Below, one piece after another: positions 16,930 through 26,901 of a stretch of 26,938 nt of DNA. The stretch spans positions 9,992 through 36,929 of the forward strand of contig JBHLNS010000035.1 of the NCBI GenBank assembly GCA_048941285.1, in the 5' to 3' direction. The notes under the pieces are model-generated. The model was not told the DNA's origin. It worked only from the letters and a program-made list of their open reading frames with translations, and did not search any database. The stretch is from Promethearchaeota archaeon. Lineage in GTDB: Archaea > Asgardarchaeota > Lokiarchaeia > Sigyniarchaeales > SOKP01. The translations under genes were made by a program, and so were the position numbers. How positions within the stretch are numbered: the first letter of the stretch is position 1; the number at the start of each line of letters is the position of its first letter.

Positions 16930-17085
16930 ATGGAAAACGAAAAACATGAATTCCATGTTTCTATTGAAAAAGAAATATTTGATAAATTAGAAACTATCAA
17001 AGAATATCATGGAATAAAGAATATAACTGAAATAATTAGATTTTTGATAACTAAAGAGTATAGGGACATCAAAAAGGCTGAATAA
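16930..17085 (+). CDS. Ribbon-helix-helix (CopG/MetJ-like) DNA-binding protein, 51 aa
   Basis: Below the ORF-track cutoff. MENEKHEFHVSIEKEIFDKLETIKEYHGIKNITEIIRFLITKEYRDIKKAE shows an alternating beta strand, helix, G-x-x-N-x-T-E-I-I-R turn and second helix, followed by a T-rich tract. Confidence 0.8.
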   Translation: MENEKHEFHVSIEKEIFDKLETIKEYHGIKNITEIIRFLITKEYRDIKKAE

Positions 17086-17205
17086 TTCCCCAAAATTTTT
17101 TTGTATCTTTTATTTTAAATATTTGGTTTTACGTCAAACCTATTACTTTAATAGGTTAATACTTTCTATAATCTTGTATTATACTCATCTTGGTCATAGA
17201 AAAAA

Positions 17206-18606
17206 ATGGTTGAAATATGTGATATTCTTATAGTTGGTGCTGGAACAGCAGGTACCTTTATAGGGTGGCTCCTAGCTAGAAAAGGGTTTTCAGTAACTAT
17301 TATTGAAAAAGATAAGCGAGAAGAAGTTGGAAAACGACTTGATGTGATTCATTTTGAATCAGATAGAGTCAAAAAGGTAGGCATTCCTCCATTTAAAGTG
17401 GGAGATCCTGATTGTATTGAAATTAGAAATACTTCTACAGTCGTAACACCAGACTTTAAAACAGAGATTAAAATAAAAGCACTTCAAACAATCGTAAGAT
17501 TGACACCTTTCCTAAATAAAATGTATAATTTACTTGAGTTAGAGGGGGTTAAATTAGAATTTTCATGCGAGTTTAAAAAACCTGTTTTTAATCATAATGA
17601 ATTAGTTGGGTTAATAGCTAAAAAAGCAGGTGAGAGTATAGAATACAATGCAAAGCTAATAATTGATGCTTCTGGTAAAATTGCGGTTGTAAGAACTTCC
17701 TTCCCAGAAGACTACGGGATGGAAACTTTCAATTTAAGCCCTAATGATGTTATGTATGTCCTACTACAATATATTCGGTGGAAGAATCCAGAACAACCTC
17801 ATCCCGCTATAGATACCAGCTATCAATGGTGGTTATTATGGTTTGGGCCCTCATATGATCCCGATGGCGCAATTTTAGGAGTTGGACAACCTGGTTCTTT
17901 TGAAAATGCACGATTAGCCCGTGAAGATTTTCTCAATAGAGCAAATATTCCTCCTTATGTTGTAGTAAAAGAAGAACAAGGAACTACTCCTTATAGAAGA
18001 CCACCATATTCTTTAGTAGTAGATAACTTTTTATGTATTGGAGATTCTGCTGCAATCACATATCCCTTCTCTGGTCATGGAGTAACTGCAACATGGGTAT
18101 TATGCATGATTGCATCCGGGGTTATAGAAAAAGCTCTAAAGAATGGAAAGTACTTGAATAGAGATATACTCTGGGAAATAAATGTGAAGTATTTCAGAGA
18201 TCAAGGAGCAAAATTTGCCAGTCTTTTTACTCAATTATCAGGAGTATTAAATTTTAATGAAAAAGAATGGAATTATTTTCTAAAAAAAGGATTAATTTAT
18301 CAAACGAGTAATGAAGAAGATATGCCTGAACCAAATAGAGAGTATGAAGAAGAAATGAGTTTAAAAGAAATGTTAAAGTTTTTAGCTAAAATATTAAGTG
18401 GTTTAATTCATAGAAAATTATCTTTTAAACATATGAAGAGGTTATTACAAGTAAATAGACTTGCTGGAAAAATCAAGAAGCATTATGAAAATTATCCAGA
18501 TAAATTTAACGATTTTGAGAGCTGGGTTATGAGAGCTAATGAACTATGGAATATGAAAAAACTCGCTACTAAAAACCTTCATACAATAACCATTGAATAC
18601 CACTAA
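17206..18606 (+). CDS. FAD-dependent oxidoreductase, geranylgeranyl-reductase/FixC-like family
   Basis: DILIVGAGTAG Rossmann motif, LIIDASG and LCIGDSAAITYPFSGHGV. Confidence 0.85.
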   Translation: MVEICDILIVGAGTAGTFIGWLLARKGFSVTIIEKDKREEVGKRLDVIHFESDRVKKVGIPPFKVGDPDCIEIRNTSTVVTPDFKTEIKIKALQTIVRLTPFLNKMYNLLELEGVKLEFSCEFKKPVFNHNELVGLIAKKAGESIEYNAKLIIDASGKIAVVRTSFPEDYGMETFNLSPNDVMYVLLQYIRWKNPEQPHPAIDTSYQWWLLWFGPSYDPDGAILGVGQPGSFENARLAREDFLNRANIPPYVVVKEEQGTTPYRRPPYSLVVDNFLCIGDSAAITYPFSGHGVTATWVLCMIASGVIEKALKNGKYLNRDILWEINVKYFRDQGAKFASLFTQLSGVLNFNEKEWNYFLKKGLIYQTSNEEDMPEPNREYEEEMSLKEMLKFLAKILSGLIHRKLSFKHMKRLLQVNRLAGKIKKHYENYPDKFNDFESWVMRANELWNMKKLATKNLHTITIEYH

Positions 18607-18706
18607 TAATGTGAAGAAAAACAATTATAAACCTTAACGTTTAAAAATTATTTAAAAAAAATATTTTTCACTTTAAAAGACTTTTATAAAAAATGGAGTT
18701 TATAAG

Positions 18707-20128
18707 ATGTTAGAAGAAAGAAAAGAAGAATATACGTACAAAAAGCGGATAATGGCTTCATATGGTTCAAGAGAGCTTTTTGGGCAATGGATTACTGCTG
18801 CTTTTGGATTTTATGTGTTCTTTTTCTATGAAAATGTAATAGAATTACCAGTGACTTTAGCTGCGTTGGCATTTACCATATATTCAATATGGAATGCCGT
18901 AAATGACCCGTTTATAGGTTGGTTGATGGAAAAAATACACATGCCTTGGGAGAAGAAAGGATTCAAAAGGTTCCCTTGGATGATTATTGGCGCATTTCCT
19001 TGGTTGATATCGTATTTATTAATCTTCTTAGTACCAACAGCATGGCAAGCTGATCCAGTAGGGAATCAATGGTTAATATTTGGATGGTTTTTGGGCTCAA
19101 TTTGTCTTTATGATACATTATTAACACTATATGATGTAAATGTACTTTCATTATTTCCTGATAAATTTAGAGGACTGAGAGACCGGAGAACGGTTCAAGG
19201 ATATGGAACAATTTTAGGAATTTTAGGGCTTGTGCTTGCATTTACACTACCTTCAATATTGTTTATTGACCAAGAAGTTGCTCAAACTTATGTGAACGCT
19301 GGCATTTTTAGTGTAATAATGGGGTTAATTTTCTTCATATTTGTGATTCCTGGAGTGTATGAAGATAGGAAAGTTAAAAATCTATACCAACAAAGAAAAG
19401 AGAGTAGTGAAATTCTAGAAGTAGAGCCCTTCTTTAAATCGTCTTTAGGAGTAATCAAGGATAGAACATTTATGATGAAGACTATTTTTTTCTTTGGGTA
19501 CCAAGTAGGAGGTGTAATGATTCAAACATCTGCCCTATATGTATCATTTAATCTTTTAATGATGGGAGATGAGGCAATTATTTACTTATTAGGGGCAATG
19601 CTTATAGGTGCACTTGTATCTACACCAGTTTGGACCTCGCTCGCTCATGGTGTTAATGATAATAGAAAAATGAGTATAGCTGCAGGTATTGTTTTGTTCG
19701 CTGCCTTCATTCCTTTAATATTTATTGAGGGCCTTGTAGCGTGGATAGTTTGTCTCTATTTTTTTGGAGTAGGTATAGGAGGTCATTGGTATGTTGATCC
19801 TCCCACAATGGGAGACGTTCTTGACGATATAGCGGTTAGAAGAGGAAAAAGTCAACAAGCTATATATTATGGGTTTCAATCGTTCTTTATTAAGTTAGGA
19901 CAATCTTTTATCGCAATAACAATTGCTTTAAGCCATGTATTCACTGGTTATGTAGCAGGTCAAGCGGCACAAGATCCGTTAGCATTATTTGGTGTTCGAA
20001 TTCATACAGCAATAGTACCTGCGATTCTTGTTCTAATCACATTACTTCTCTTCTGGAAATATTATAAGTTAACACCAGACCAGATAGCTGATAATAAGAA
20101 AAAATTAGATGAATTAAGACCTAGATAA
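18707..20128 (+). CDS. MFS transporter, glycoside-pentoside-hexuronide (MelB-like, MFS_2) family
   Basis: IWNAVNDPFIGWL, KRFPWM, MGDVLD and YYGFQSFFIKLG; about 12 TM; GGAG SD upstream. Confidence 0.93.
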   Translation: MLEERKEEYTYKKRIMASYGSRELFGQWITAAFGFYVFFFYENVIELPVTLAALAFTIYSIWNAVNDPFIGWLMEKIHMPWEKKGFKRFPWMIIGAFPWLISYLLIFLVPTAWQADPVGNQWLIFGWFLGSICLYDTLLTLYDVNVLSLFPDKFRGLRDRRTVQGYGTILGILGLVLAFTLPSILFIDQEVAQTYVNAGIFSVIMGLIFFIFVIPGVYEDRKVKNLYQQRKESSEILEVEPFFKSSLGVIKDRTFMMKTIFFFGYQVGGVMIQTSALYVSFNLLMMGDEAIIYLLGAMLIGALVSTPVWTSLAHGVNDNRKMSIAAGIVLFAAFIPLIFIEGLVAWIVCLYFFGVGIGGHWYVDPPTMGDVLDDIAVRRGKSQQAIYYGFQSFFIKLGQSFIAITIALSHVFTGYVAGQAAQDPLALFGVRIHTAIVPAILVLITLLLFWKYYKLTPDQIADNKKKLDELRPR

Positions 20129-20160
20129 AATTTTTTATTTTTCTTTTATTTTTTTATCTT
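20129..20160 (+). terminator. Oligo-T terminator candidate
   Basis: Several T4-T7 runs immediately after the MFS stop codon. Confidence 0.45.
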
Positions 20161-20162
20161 AA

Positions 20163-20804
20163 GTGATTTTCATTATTATACAAAAGATAGGAAAGTTCAA
20201 ATTAATACCAGTTGCTACTATTGAAAATCCAGTTGATGCTCTTCCTCTTGGTCACACACTTATTGAAGCTGGACTTCCTCTTATTGAAATCACATTTCGG
20301 ACACAAGCTGCCGAACAAGCAATATCAATGTTATCGGAAAATTTACCAGATCTCCTAATAGGGGCTGGAACGGTATTAAAAATTGAACAAATAAAAAAAT
20401 CTATAAGAGCTGGAGCACAGTTCATTGTGACACCGGGTTTTAATCCTAAAATTGTTGATTATTGTATTAAACAGAAAATTTTGATTATAGCTGGAGTTAA
20501 TTCCCCAACATTTGTTGAATGGGCACTTGAAAAAAACCTTCGACTTGTTAAATTCTTCCCAGCTAATCTTTCTGGAGGTCCTGAAATGCTTAAAAGTCTA
20601 TCAGGACCATATCCAGAAATGAAATTTTTACCAACTGGTGGAATAAATATCGATAATTTAATTGAATATTTGAAGTTAAGTAATGTTCTTGCGTGTGGGG
20701 GAAGTTGGATCGTAAAAAAAGATTTAATTTCAACCCGACAATTTGAAGAGATTAAAAGATTAACCAAAACGGCAATTTCATTGATTAAATCAGAAATTAA
20801 TTGA
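20163..20804 (+). CDS. eda: Bifunctional KDPG/KHG aldolase (bacterial-type Eda)
   Basis: IEITFRT, IGAGTVL, AGAQFIVTPG, VKFFPA (Schiff-base Lys), PTGGIN and ACGGSW. The start codon is uncertain (GTG). Confidence 0.93.
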   Translation: MIFIIIQKIGKFKLIPVATIENPVDALPLGHTLIEAGLPLIEITFRTQAAEQAISMLSENLPDLLIGAGTVLKIEQIKKSIRAGAQFIVTPGFNPKIVDYCIKQKILIIAGVNSPTFVEWALEKNLRLVKFFPANLSGGPEMLKSLSGPYPEMKFLPTGGINIDNLIEYLKLSNVLACGGSWIVKKDLISTRQFEEIKRLTKTAISLIKSEIN

Positions 20805-20844
20805 GAAATTAAATAAATGATTATATTCTAAATTAATACTAAAT

Positions 20845-21870
20845 TTACCAACGCCAATATATGTCTTCAGCATGTCCTAACATATTTTTAACATGTATTT
20901 TTTCACCATTATCTAAGACAAGTTCTCCAGTGTAAAGGCCATGTAATAATGAAGAATTTAAATAAATTAATCCAAAATTTATCTTTTCGGTATGCGGAAT
21001 GATTGGATCCAAAACCATATTGAATCTATTATCATTACTAGTGAATTTCCATGGCTCTGTTGGGTCTCGATTCTTATGGTGAAAAGTTACTTCATCAATT
21101 TTATGAGCTTTTCCATTGTAAAAAACAATATTTTCTGTATGTGTAGATAAATCTCCAAACCCATAACCGATATTGAACGCAATAGGTATTCCATCAATAA
21201 TTCCACATGCGGAACCCCATAACCAATGTGTATGATAAGGCCAAATTCCACGTCCCCAATCCATGAGCCCAAAAGAGGTTTCCGGCTCAAACTTATATTC
21301 ATTTTCACCAATCTTGAGTGACCCTTTTGCAGGCATATAATTTATTTTATGATTATAATAAAAAAGTCTTGGATCTTCCTTGTACCCGGTCACAACAACA
21401 GTATTATCCATCTTTGGATTATCTTCAAGTTCTATTGTTCCTTTTAACCCCTTGTCTTGAAATTTTGGGTCATTAAATGAAATAATTCGTTTGTTTTTAG
21501 TTTTAGTTATCGTTGCTTTAAATTTTTTTGTTGGAAATTTAATAATACTATTTTCTAATGAGCTGGTTGGTAATAATTTAGATTTTGTGAAAAATTTAAA
21601 CAGACCTTTACCATTTCTTTCTTTATTTTGAAAATCAAGCCATACATAGCTCATTTGGGTAAGATATCCAATATCTCCAATTGTAAGTTGAAAGCCAAAT
21701 CGTTTATTTAAAATAGAATAATGATCCCATTCCTTAATTCGAAGCCATCCTTTGCTAATATATTCTTTATTATAAGTCAATAGTGGTTTTCGTGCCCATC
21801 CTTGCTGTAAAAGATGACCATCTTTATTGAATAAATCAGAAGGCTCAATAATTTCGTTTTGTTTTCCCAT
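20845..21870 (-). CDS. DUF2804-family protein
   Basis: GWARKP, RIKEWDHY, FYYNHKINYMPAKG, MDWGRGIWPY..HWLWG, FNIGYGFG and TEN. ATG at 21870 is preferred over TTG at 21876. Confidence 0.85.
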   Translation of the reverse strand: MGKQNEIIEPSDLFNKDGHLLQQGWARKPLLTYNKEYISKGWLRIKEWDHYSILNKRFGFQLTIGDIGYLTQMSYVWLDFQNKERNGKGLFKFFTKSKLLPTSSLENSIIKFPTKKFKATITKTKNKRIISFNDPKFQDKGLKGTIELEDNPKMDNTVVVTGYKEDPRLFYYNHKINYMPAKGSLKIGENEYKFEPETSFGLMDWGRGIWPYHTHWLWGSACGIIDGIPIAFNIGYGFGDLSTHTENIVFYNGKAHKIDEVTFHHKNRDPTEPWKFTSNDNRFNMVLDPIIPHTEKINFGLIYLNSSLLHGLYTGELVLDNGEKIHVKNMLGHAEDIYWRW

Positions 21871-21938
21871 ATTCAAATCAAACCTATATTCAATTTAAAA
21901 AGATAATTTTAAAAAGATTTGAGATAAAATAAAATTTA

Positions 21939-23201
21939 ATGTCTTCAGAATTTGAAAAAAATCTTGATAATTTTGCTGAAGTAATTGTAAAAATCGGCCT
22001 TAATTTACAACCTGGACAACGTTTACTAATTGGAGGCCCCACTGCTTATACTTATGGAACCCCTATAGAATTAGCTCCTTTAGTAAGGTTGATCACAAAA
22101 AAAGCATATCAAATTGGAGCGAGGTTTGTTGAAGTATTTTGGGATGATGATAAACTCAGGAGAATTCGATTTGAACACGCTTCAAGAGATTCTTTTGAAG
22201 AATACCCAATATGGCGAACAAATTGTCAATATAAATTTGGTATTGAAGGAGATGCTGTTCTCCTTTTTGCTGCATTTAATCCTGATTTACTTGAGGATCA
22301 AGATCAAGATTTAATGGTAACTACTTTTAACACTTATATTAAACATCGTAAAACTTTTGGTGATTTAATTTCTAAAAGTGCTGTTAATTGGACAGCTATC
22401 ACTGCTCCTGTTGACGGATGGGCAGAGAAAGTATTTCCTAATGTTCCCCAAGAAAATCAAAAAGCTAAGTTTTGGGATACTATCTTTGAAATATGTCGAG
22501 TTAAAGGAAAAGACCCAATCGCCACTTGGGAAGATCATATTAAACACCTTTCCGTAAGAAGTAACTATTTAAATACAAAAAAGTATGTGTCCTTGAAATT
22601 TGATGCTCCCGGAACAGATCTTACAATAGGGCTACCTAAAGGACATATTTGGGGAAGTGCACGATTTAAAACTCAAAGTGGTATCGATTTTGTAGGGAAT
22701 ATCCCTACAGAGGAAGTTTTCACAACAACACATAAAGATAAAACAGAAGGATTTGTAACCGTTACTAAACCTCGCCACACGGATGTTATACTAGAGGACT
22801 GTTGTTTTACATTTTCTAAAGGACGAATTATAGAAGCAATTGCTAAAAAAGGCGAAGACGTATTACAAAGAATACTTGAAACTGACGAGGGGATCAGAAA
22901 GTTAGGTGAAGTTGCTTTAGTTCCACATAGTTCGCCGATTTCACAAACAGGGTTACTTTTTTATAACGTTCTAATTGATGAAAATGCATCCTCTCATATT
23001 GCAATTGGTCGAGGATTCAAATTTGCCTTGAAAAATGGTGGAGAGATGTCTGATAAGGAGTTTTATAATGCGGGAGGTAATATAAGTAAGACGCATATTG
23101 ATTTTATGATTGGTTCAGAAAAAATGGATATTGATGGGATAACAAAAGATGGAAAAACTGAGGCTATAATGAGAAAAGGAGAATGGGCTTTTAAAGTTTA
23201 A
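21939..23201 (+). CDS. ampS: Aminopeptidase, peptidase family M29 (AmpS/AmpT-like)
   Basis: GLNLQPGQ, NIPTEEVF, LGEVALV, DENASSHIAIG and HIDFMIG metal-ligand motifs. Confidence 0.95.
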   Translation: MSSEFEKNLDNFAEVIVKIGLNLQPGQRLLIGGPTAYTYGTPIELAPLVRLITKKAYQIGARFVEVFWDDDKLRRIRFEHASRDSFEEYPIWRTNCQYKFGIEGDAVLLFAAFNPDLLEDQDQDLMVTTFNTYIKHRKTFGDLISKSAVNWTAITAPVDGWAEKVFPNVPQENQKAKFWDTIFEICRVKGKDPIATWEDHIKHLSVRSNYLNTKKYVSLKFDAPGTDLTIGLPKGHIWGSARFKTQSGIDFVGNIPTEEVFTTTHKDKTEGFVTVTKPRHTDVILEDCCFTFSKGRIIEAIAKKGEDVLQRILETDEGIRKLGEVALVPHSSPISQTGLLFYNVLIDENASSHIAIGRGFKFALKNGGEMSDKEFYNAGGNISKTHIDFMIGSEKMDIDGITKDGKTEAIMRKGEWAFKV

Positions 23202-23204
23202 AGC

Positions 23205-24611
23205 TCACTCGATTTTTTGACATATATTATCAATTTTTTGAATTGTATTATTAATTATTTCATCAGTATGAAGTATACATGTATAGAATCTGCTACCTGC
23301 AACAGAAATAATCTCTTGGTCTACTAATGCTGCTCCCATTTCATCCATAAAATCTTTTCTTATCGGTATTTGTCCTGCTTGTTTTGGATCATTGAGATTT
23401 ATTCCAAATAGGCAACTGGTATGAAAATGAACGGTCCCTCCATAATTGTATGAAAACCATGGAAGCTTATAACCTTCAAAAACTTTATTCAATCCATCAG
23501 ATAATCTCGTAGCTACCCTTGTAGCTTTTTCGGTTGCGTTTGTTTCTTTAACAAATTTAATAGCATAATAGGCTGCTGCACAAGTTAATGGGTTTGCTGC
23601 TAAAGTCCCACCAGAATAGGCTTTTTTACCTCCACCATGTCCTGCTGCACACACACTCATTACATCAGCTCTTCCGCCAATAGCTGCAGCAGAAGGAAAT
23701 CCGTGTCCAACAATTTTACCAAATACGGATATATCAGGATTATATCCAAAATATGCCTGACCGCCTCCCATGTGTAGCCTGAAAGCACAGACAACTTCAT
23801 CTGATATCATTAAAGCTTTATTCTCATGACATAATTCTTCGACTTCTTTGTTAAAACCTGGCCTTACTGGATTTGCTCCTGATTCTCCACCCATTGGTTC
23901 AACAATTACAGCCGCAACTTTACGCTTCTCATCAAACATTTGTTTTAGAGTATCAATATCATTTGGTGGGCATGAATCAATCCACTTAAAAACCGATTTT
24001 GGAATTCCATGAGATTCTAATAATTTAGTTCCTGGAACGTGCATATCATATACAAGTTGATCCGACCACCCATGATAAGAGCCACCAATTTTTATAACCC
24101 ACTTACGATTTGTAAAAGTTCTGGCGATTCTTATGGCAAGCATATCCGCTTCAGTACCAGATTGTAACCATCTAATAATTTCACATGAAGGAAAATATTT
24201 TTGTAGCTCTTCAGCAGCCAAATATTCATATTCACTAGTTATACCATGACTGGGCCCAGATTCTCGGATCACCTCTATAACTTTATCTATAAGGGGTTTA
24301 TATTGATGTCCCAAAATGATAGGACCACCACTCATTAAATAATCTGTTAAAACGACATCATCAAGAGTCTCCATATAACAATCATAAACTCGTTTACTTG
24401 TTAAAGGAAATGGATGGTTAAATGCAAGATTATGTTCAACACCTCCAGGAATTATTTTCCGTGCTCTTTCATATGCCTGTTTAGATTTTGGGTGATTCTT
24501 ATGGTATCTTTCAATTATTCCTTTTAATTCTTCTGGTTTAAATTTGCGAATTGGCTGATTTACTATATTCTCAATCTCAGCTTTCATTTCTTCATAATTC
24601 ATATTACTCAT
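23205..24611 (-). CDS. Class-III PLP aminotransferase (glutamate-1-semialdehyde aminomutase-like)
   Basis: PGGV, SGTEA, GSYHG, VIVEP, SDEV, FGKIVGHGFP (PLP Lys) and GTLAANP. Confidence 0.9.
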   Translation of the reverse strand: MSNMNYEEMKAEIENIVNQPIRKFKPEELKGIIERYHKNHPKSKQAYERARKIIPGGVEHNLAFNHPFPLTSKRVYDCYMETLDDVVLTDYLMSGGPIILGHQYKPLIDKVIEVIRESGPSHGITSEYEYLAAEELQKYFPSCEIIRWLQSGTEADMLAIRIARTFTNRKWVIKIGGSYHGWSDQLVYDMHVPGTKLLESHGIPKSVFKWIDSCPPNDIDTLKQMFDEKRKVAAVIVEPMGGESGANPVRPGFNKEVEELCHENKALMISDEVVCAFRLHMGGGQAYFGYNPDISVFGKIVGHGFPSAAAIGGRADVMSVCAAGHGGGKKAYSGGTLAANPLTCAAAYYAIKFVKETNATEKATRVATRLSDGLNKVFEGYKLPWFSYNYGGTVHFHTSCLFGINLNDPKQAGQIPIRKDFMDEMGAALVDQEIISVAGSRFYTCILHTDEIINNTIQKIDNICQKIE

Positions 24612-24747
24612 AATACTTCAAAATTTGTATTTTATTATTGTCTAGATTATTTAGAGGAATATTACCTTAAAAATTAAGTTTATTTTTAATTATTTCAATG
24701 AAAACAGCTTTTTTTATTAGGAATAGAAGTAATAAAAATACGATGAA

Positions 24748-26823
24748 TTATATCTGTATCTCAATATTATCTGCGGGAACAAGTATTTCTTTTTTTATAA
24801 GAACTTCGATGGTGTCTATAATTAAATCTACATTTTTACCGCTCGTTTTATCCAATAATGAAATTAACTTAAAAATATGATTTTCTTCTGACATTGCCAG
24901 AATTTCATTAAGAACTTTATAATCAATCTTGGATAACTTGAGTTCTTTCTTAACATTTTCAAGGTCGGATTTTTCTATTTCAACTTTATAGAACAGTTTG
25001 TAATATAAATCAAAGAATTTGTCCAAAATAGGGGGAATTTCTTTCTGAAACATATTGGTTTCATGATTCCAATCCTTTAATATTTCTGAATATTTTGCAT
25101 ATACGCTTAATCCAAAATTTAATAATTTTCTTTTTATTCTCTTAGAAGCCTTACTATTAAGGATTAAAACAGTTCTTAATTCTTCTATATCAGAAATAAG
25201 GCAAAAAAAGTGTTTAAAATCTAATTCGAGAACGCTATGAACTCCATCAATTAAATTTGATTGAATCCCTTTAGATTTAACATAATCTTTACGTATAATT
25301 TCTTCCCCCACTATTGAAATTGCCTGAAGAAATCCTGAAAAAAGTGTCTTATTACCTTCCATTAGGTCTGAATAATTCCTAGCAAAGAGTGGTAGCCCAC
25401 TTGGATTATGTATCAAAAGAATACCTTGTATATTCTCAGCATCCTTAAATTTTTGTGTTCTTGACATTAGGGCTGTCCTCTTTTTAAGTTTTCTTGGTAT
25501 TAAGATATAACTTCTTAAACTTAAGCTTGTTAATATAGCAATAACTCCCAACAAAATAATCAATATTACCAAAATTAAATAATAAGGAAAGGATTCATTG
25601 CTATATTTAATGTATGAAATTGTGAGATAAACATCATCAATAGAAAATGTAATAATTCGATCTAATGCAAATTCATCTGCTAAAAATATCTTAATAGATA
25701 AAGAAAGGTTAACATTTGTCAAAATGTAGGACTTTATTTGATTTGCTGCTAAACTTAAATCTTGAAAAGTAATTTCAATATCGCTTAATTTAATACGTTT
25801 CTCAAGTTCATTATTATTTATAAGAATTCTTAACTCAGAATTAGGAGATAATGTTTCAGACCAGTTGATATTAACCTTATATTTGAAATTAAGAGTAGCA
25901 TCTATAATTTTAACATTATCACCCCTAATCGGGCTTCCTTTCTGGTTCCAAGAAATTGAGGTATATGGATCAATCTTTTTCTCGTAATTGAAGGTAAAAT
26001 TAACAAATTTTATGATTAGTTCATCAAAAGTATCTAAATCCCAGTAATCAGCAAGATTATCTTCAATATGAAGATTAATTCCTAGTGAAAGGGTGAAATT
26101 GAAATTATCAGTGTCTAGAACCGATTCAAGATAAAAAATCAAAACATCTTGGGGCACTGAGACCATATAGGTATCATATAAATAATCTTTGCCAGGCGGG
26201 CTGCCATATCCGATATACCGAGTTTGAAAGTAAGCAATCTCATATATTTTATTTTTATTTAAATCTGAAATTGATACAAAAAATCTGACATAATCACCAA
26301 CACTGTATGTGTCGACATTATCAGAAGGGTTTAATCTAGCAAGATTTCCATAAATATAATCAAAATATCGATCAAGGTTTTCATCTACAGTTGCATTAAC
26401 GATAGCTTGAATAGATGCGGATTTTATTACGTAGTCAGACATATCAACTTCCATCGATATATTTTGATCCCATTGTATACTTGGATTCTGAACGGCAGTT
26501 ACATCATCAAATTCATGAGAAACTCTGCAACCGGCAGAAGTAATTTCATATAAATCAGGACGAGTTGGAAAATAAGGATTATCTCTTTCTAGCCACCTTA
26601 TTGCAAGGGGTGGATCTGCAATTAATGAATATGTTCTTTTATCCCCCAAAATCTCATAATTTGCCTGCCCAGAATGTATAGATGCATTTACGTCGGACTG
26701 ATCACCAGTATAAGAGGGATTCCAAAATTCTACACCCGAGTCAAAATTAGGATTTTTAAGCCATTGTGATGTATTTCTTATATCAGCAGATATTGGATTT
26801 CTATTAAAATCCCTAATTTCCAA
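24748..26823 (-). CDS. Large single-pass membrane protein: extracellular beta-rich region, TM, cytoplasmic longin-like domain, winged-helix-like tail (true N-terminus probably further upstream, across a frameshift)
   Basis: TM YLILVILIILLGVIAIL; longin-like IQGILLIHNPSGLPLF...LFSGFLQAISIVGEEI...; C-terminal helical segment ending IEVLIKKEILVP. The frame stays open to 26901 and encodes half of a signal peptide. Confidence 0.8.
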   Translation of the reverse strand: MEIRDFNRNPISADIRNTSQWLKNPNFDSGVEFWNPSYTGDQSDVNASIHSGQANYEILGDKRTYSLIADPPLAIRWLERDNPYFPTRPDLYEITSAGCRVSHEFDDVTAVQNPSIQWDQNISMEVDMSDYVIKSASIQAIVNATVDENLDRYFDYIYGNLARLNPSDNVDTYSVGDYVRFFVSISDLNKNKIYEIAYFQTRYIGYGSPPGKDYLYDTYMVSVPQDVLIFYLESVLDTDNFNFTLSLGINLHIEDNLADYWDLDTFDELIIKFVNFTFNYEKKIDPYTSISWNQKGSPIRGDNVKIIDATLNFKYKVNINWSETLSPNSELRILINNNELEKRIKLSDIEITFQDLSLAANQIKSYILTNVNLSLSIKIFLADEFALDRIITFSIDDVYLTISYIKYSNESFPYYLILVILIILLGVIAILTSLSLRSYILIPRKLKKRTALMSRTQKFKDAENIQGILLIHNPSGLPLFARNYSDLMEGNKTLFSGFLQAISIVGEEIIRKDYVKSKGIQSNLIDGVHSVLELDFKHFFCLISDIEELRTVLILNSKASKRIKRKLLNFGLSVYAKYSEILKDWNHETNMFQKEIPPILDKFFDLYYKLFYKVEIEKSDLENVKKELKLSKIDYKVLNEILAMSEENHIFKLISLLDKTSGKNVDLIIDTIEVLIKKEILVPADNIEIQI

Positions 26824-26889
26824 TATCTCAACTATATTATTACATTTTGATATAAGAATCCAACTTGATGAAATTGAGATTAAAATAGT

Positions 26890-26901
26890 AAAAAAAAAAA
26901 A
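26890..26901. repeat. A12/T12 homopolymer tract inside a signal-peptide coding region
   Basis: Twelve consecutive A on the + strand; a tract of 11 would restore the minus-strand reading frame. Confidence 0.85.

Noticed and set aside
17206-18606. Calling the flavoprotein a canonical digeranylgeranylglycerophospholipid reductase
   Set aside because: The PxxYxWxFP signature is not clearly present (SYQWWLLWFGP), so only a family-level call is supported.
23205-24611. Calling the aminotransferase hemL
   Set aside because: It has PGGVEHNLAF instead of the GSAM-typical PGGVNSPVRAF, and no tetrapyrrole genes are nearby, so the substrate is unknown.
430-24880. Short alternative-frame ORFs in the track (430-657, 3323-3598, 4282-4518, 5361-5837, 6427-6624, 7106-7312, 7858-8043, 8909-9103, 11430-11693, 11640-11858, 11826-12017, 13293-13580, 15768-15965, 20459-20767, 21087-21311, 22114-22314, 22365-22547, 24698-24880)
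   Set aside because: They overlap longer genes with recognisable family motifs and have no motifs of their own; they are shadow ORFs.
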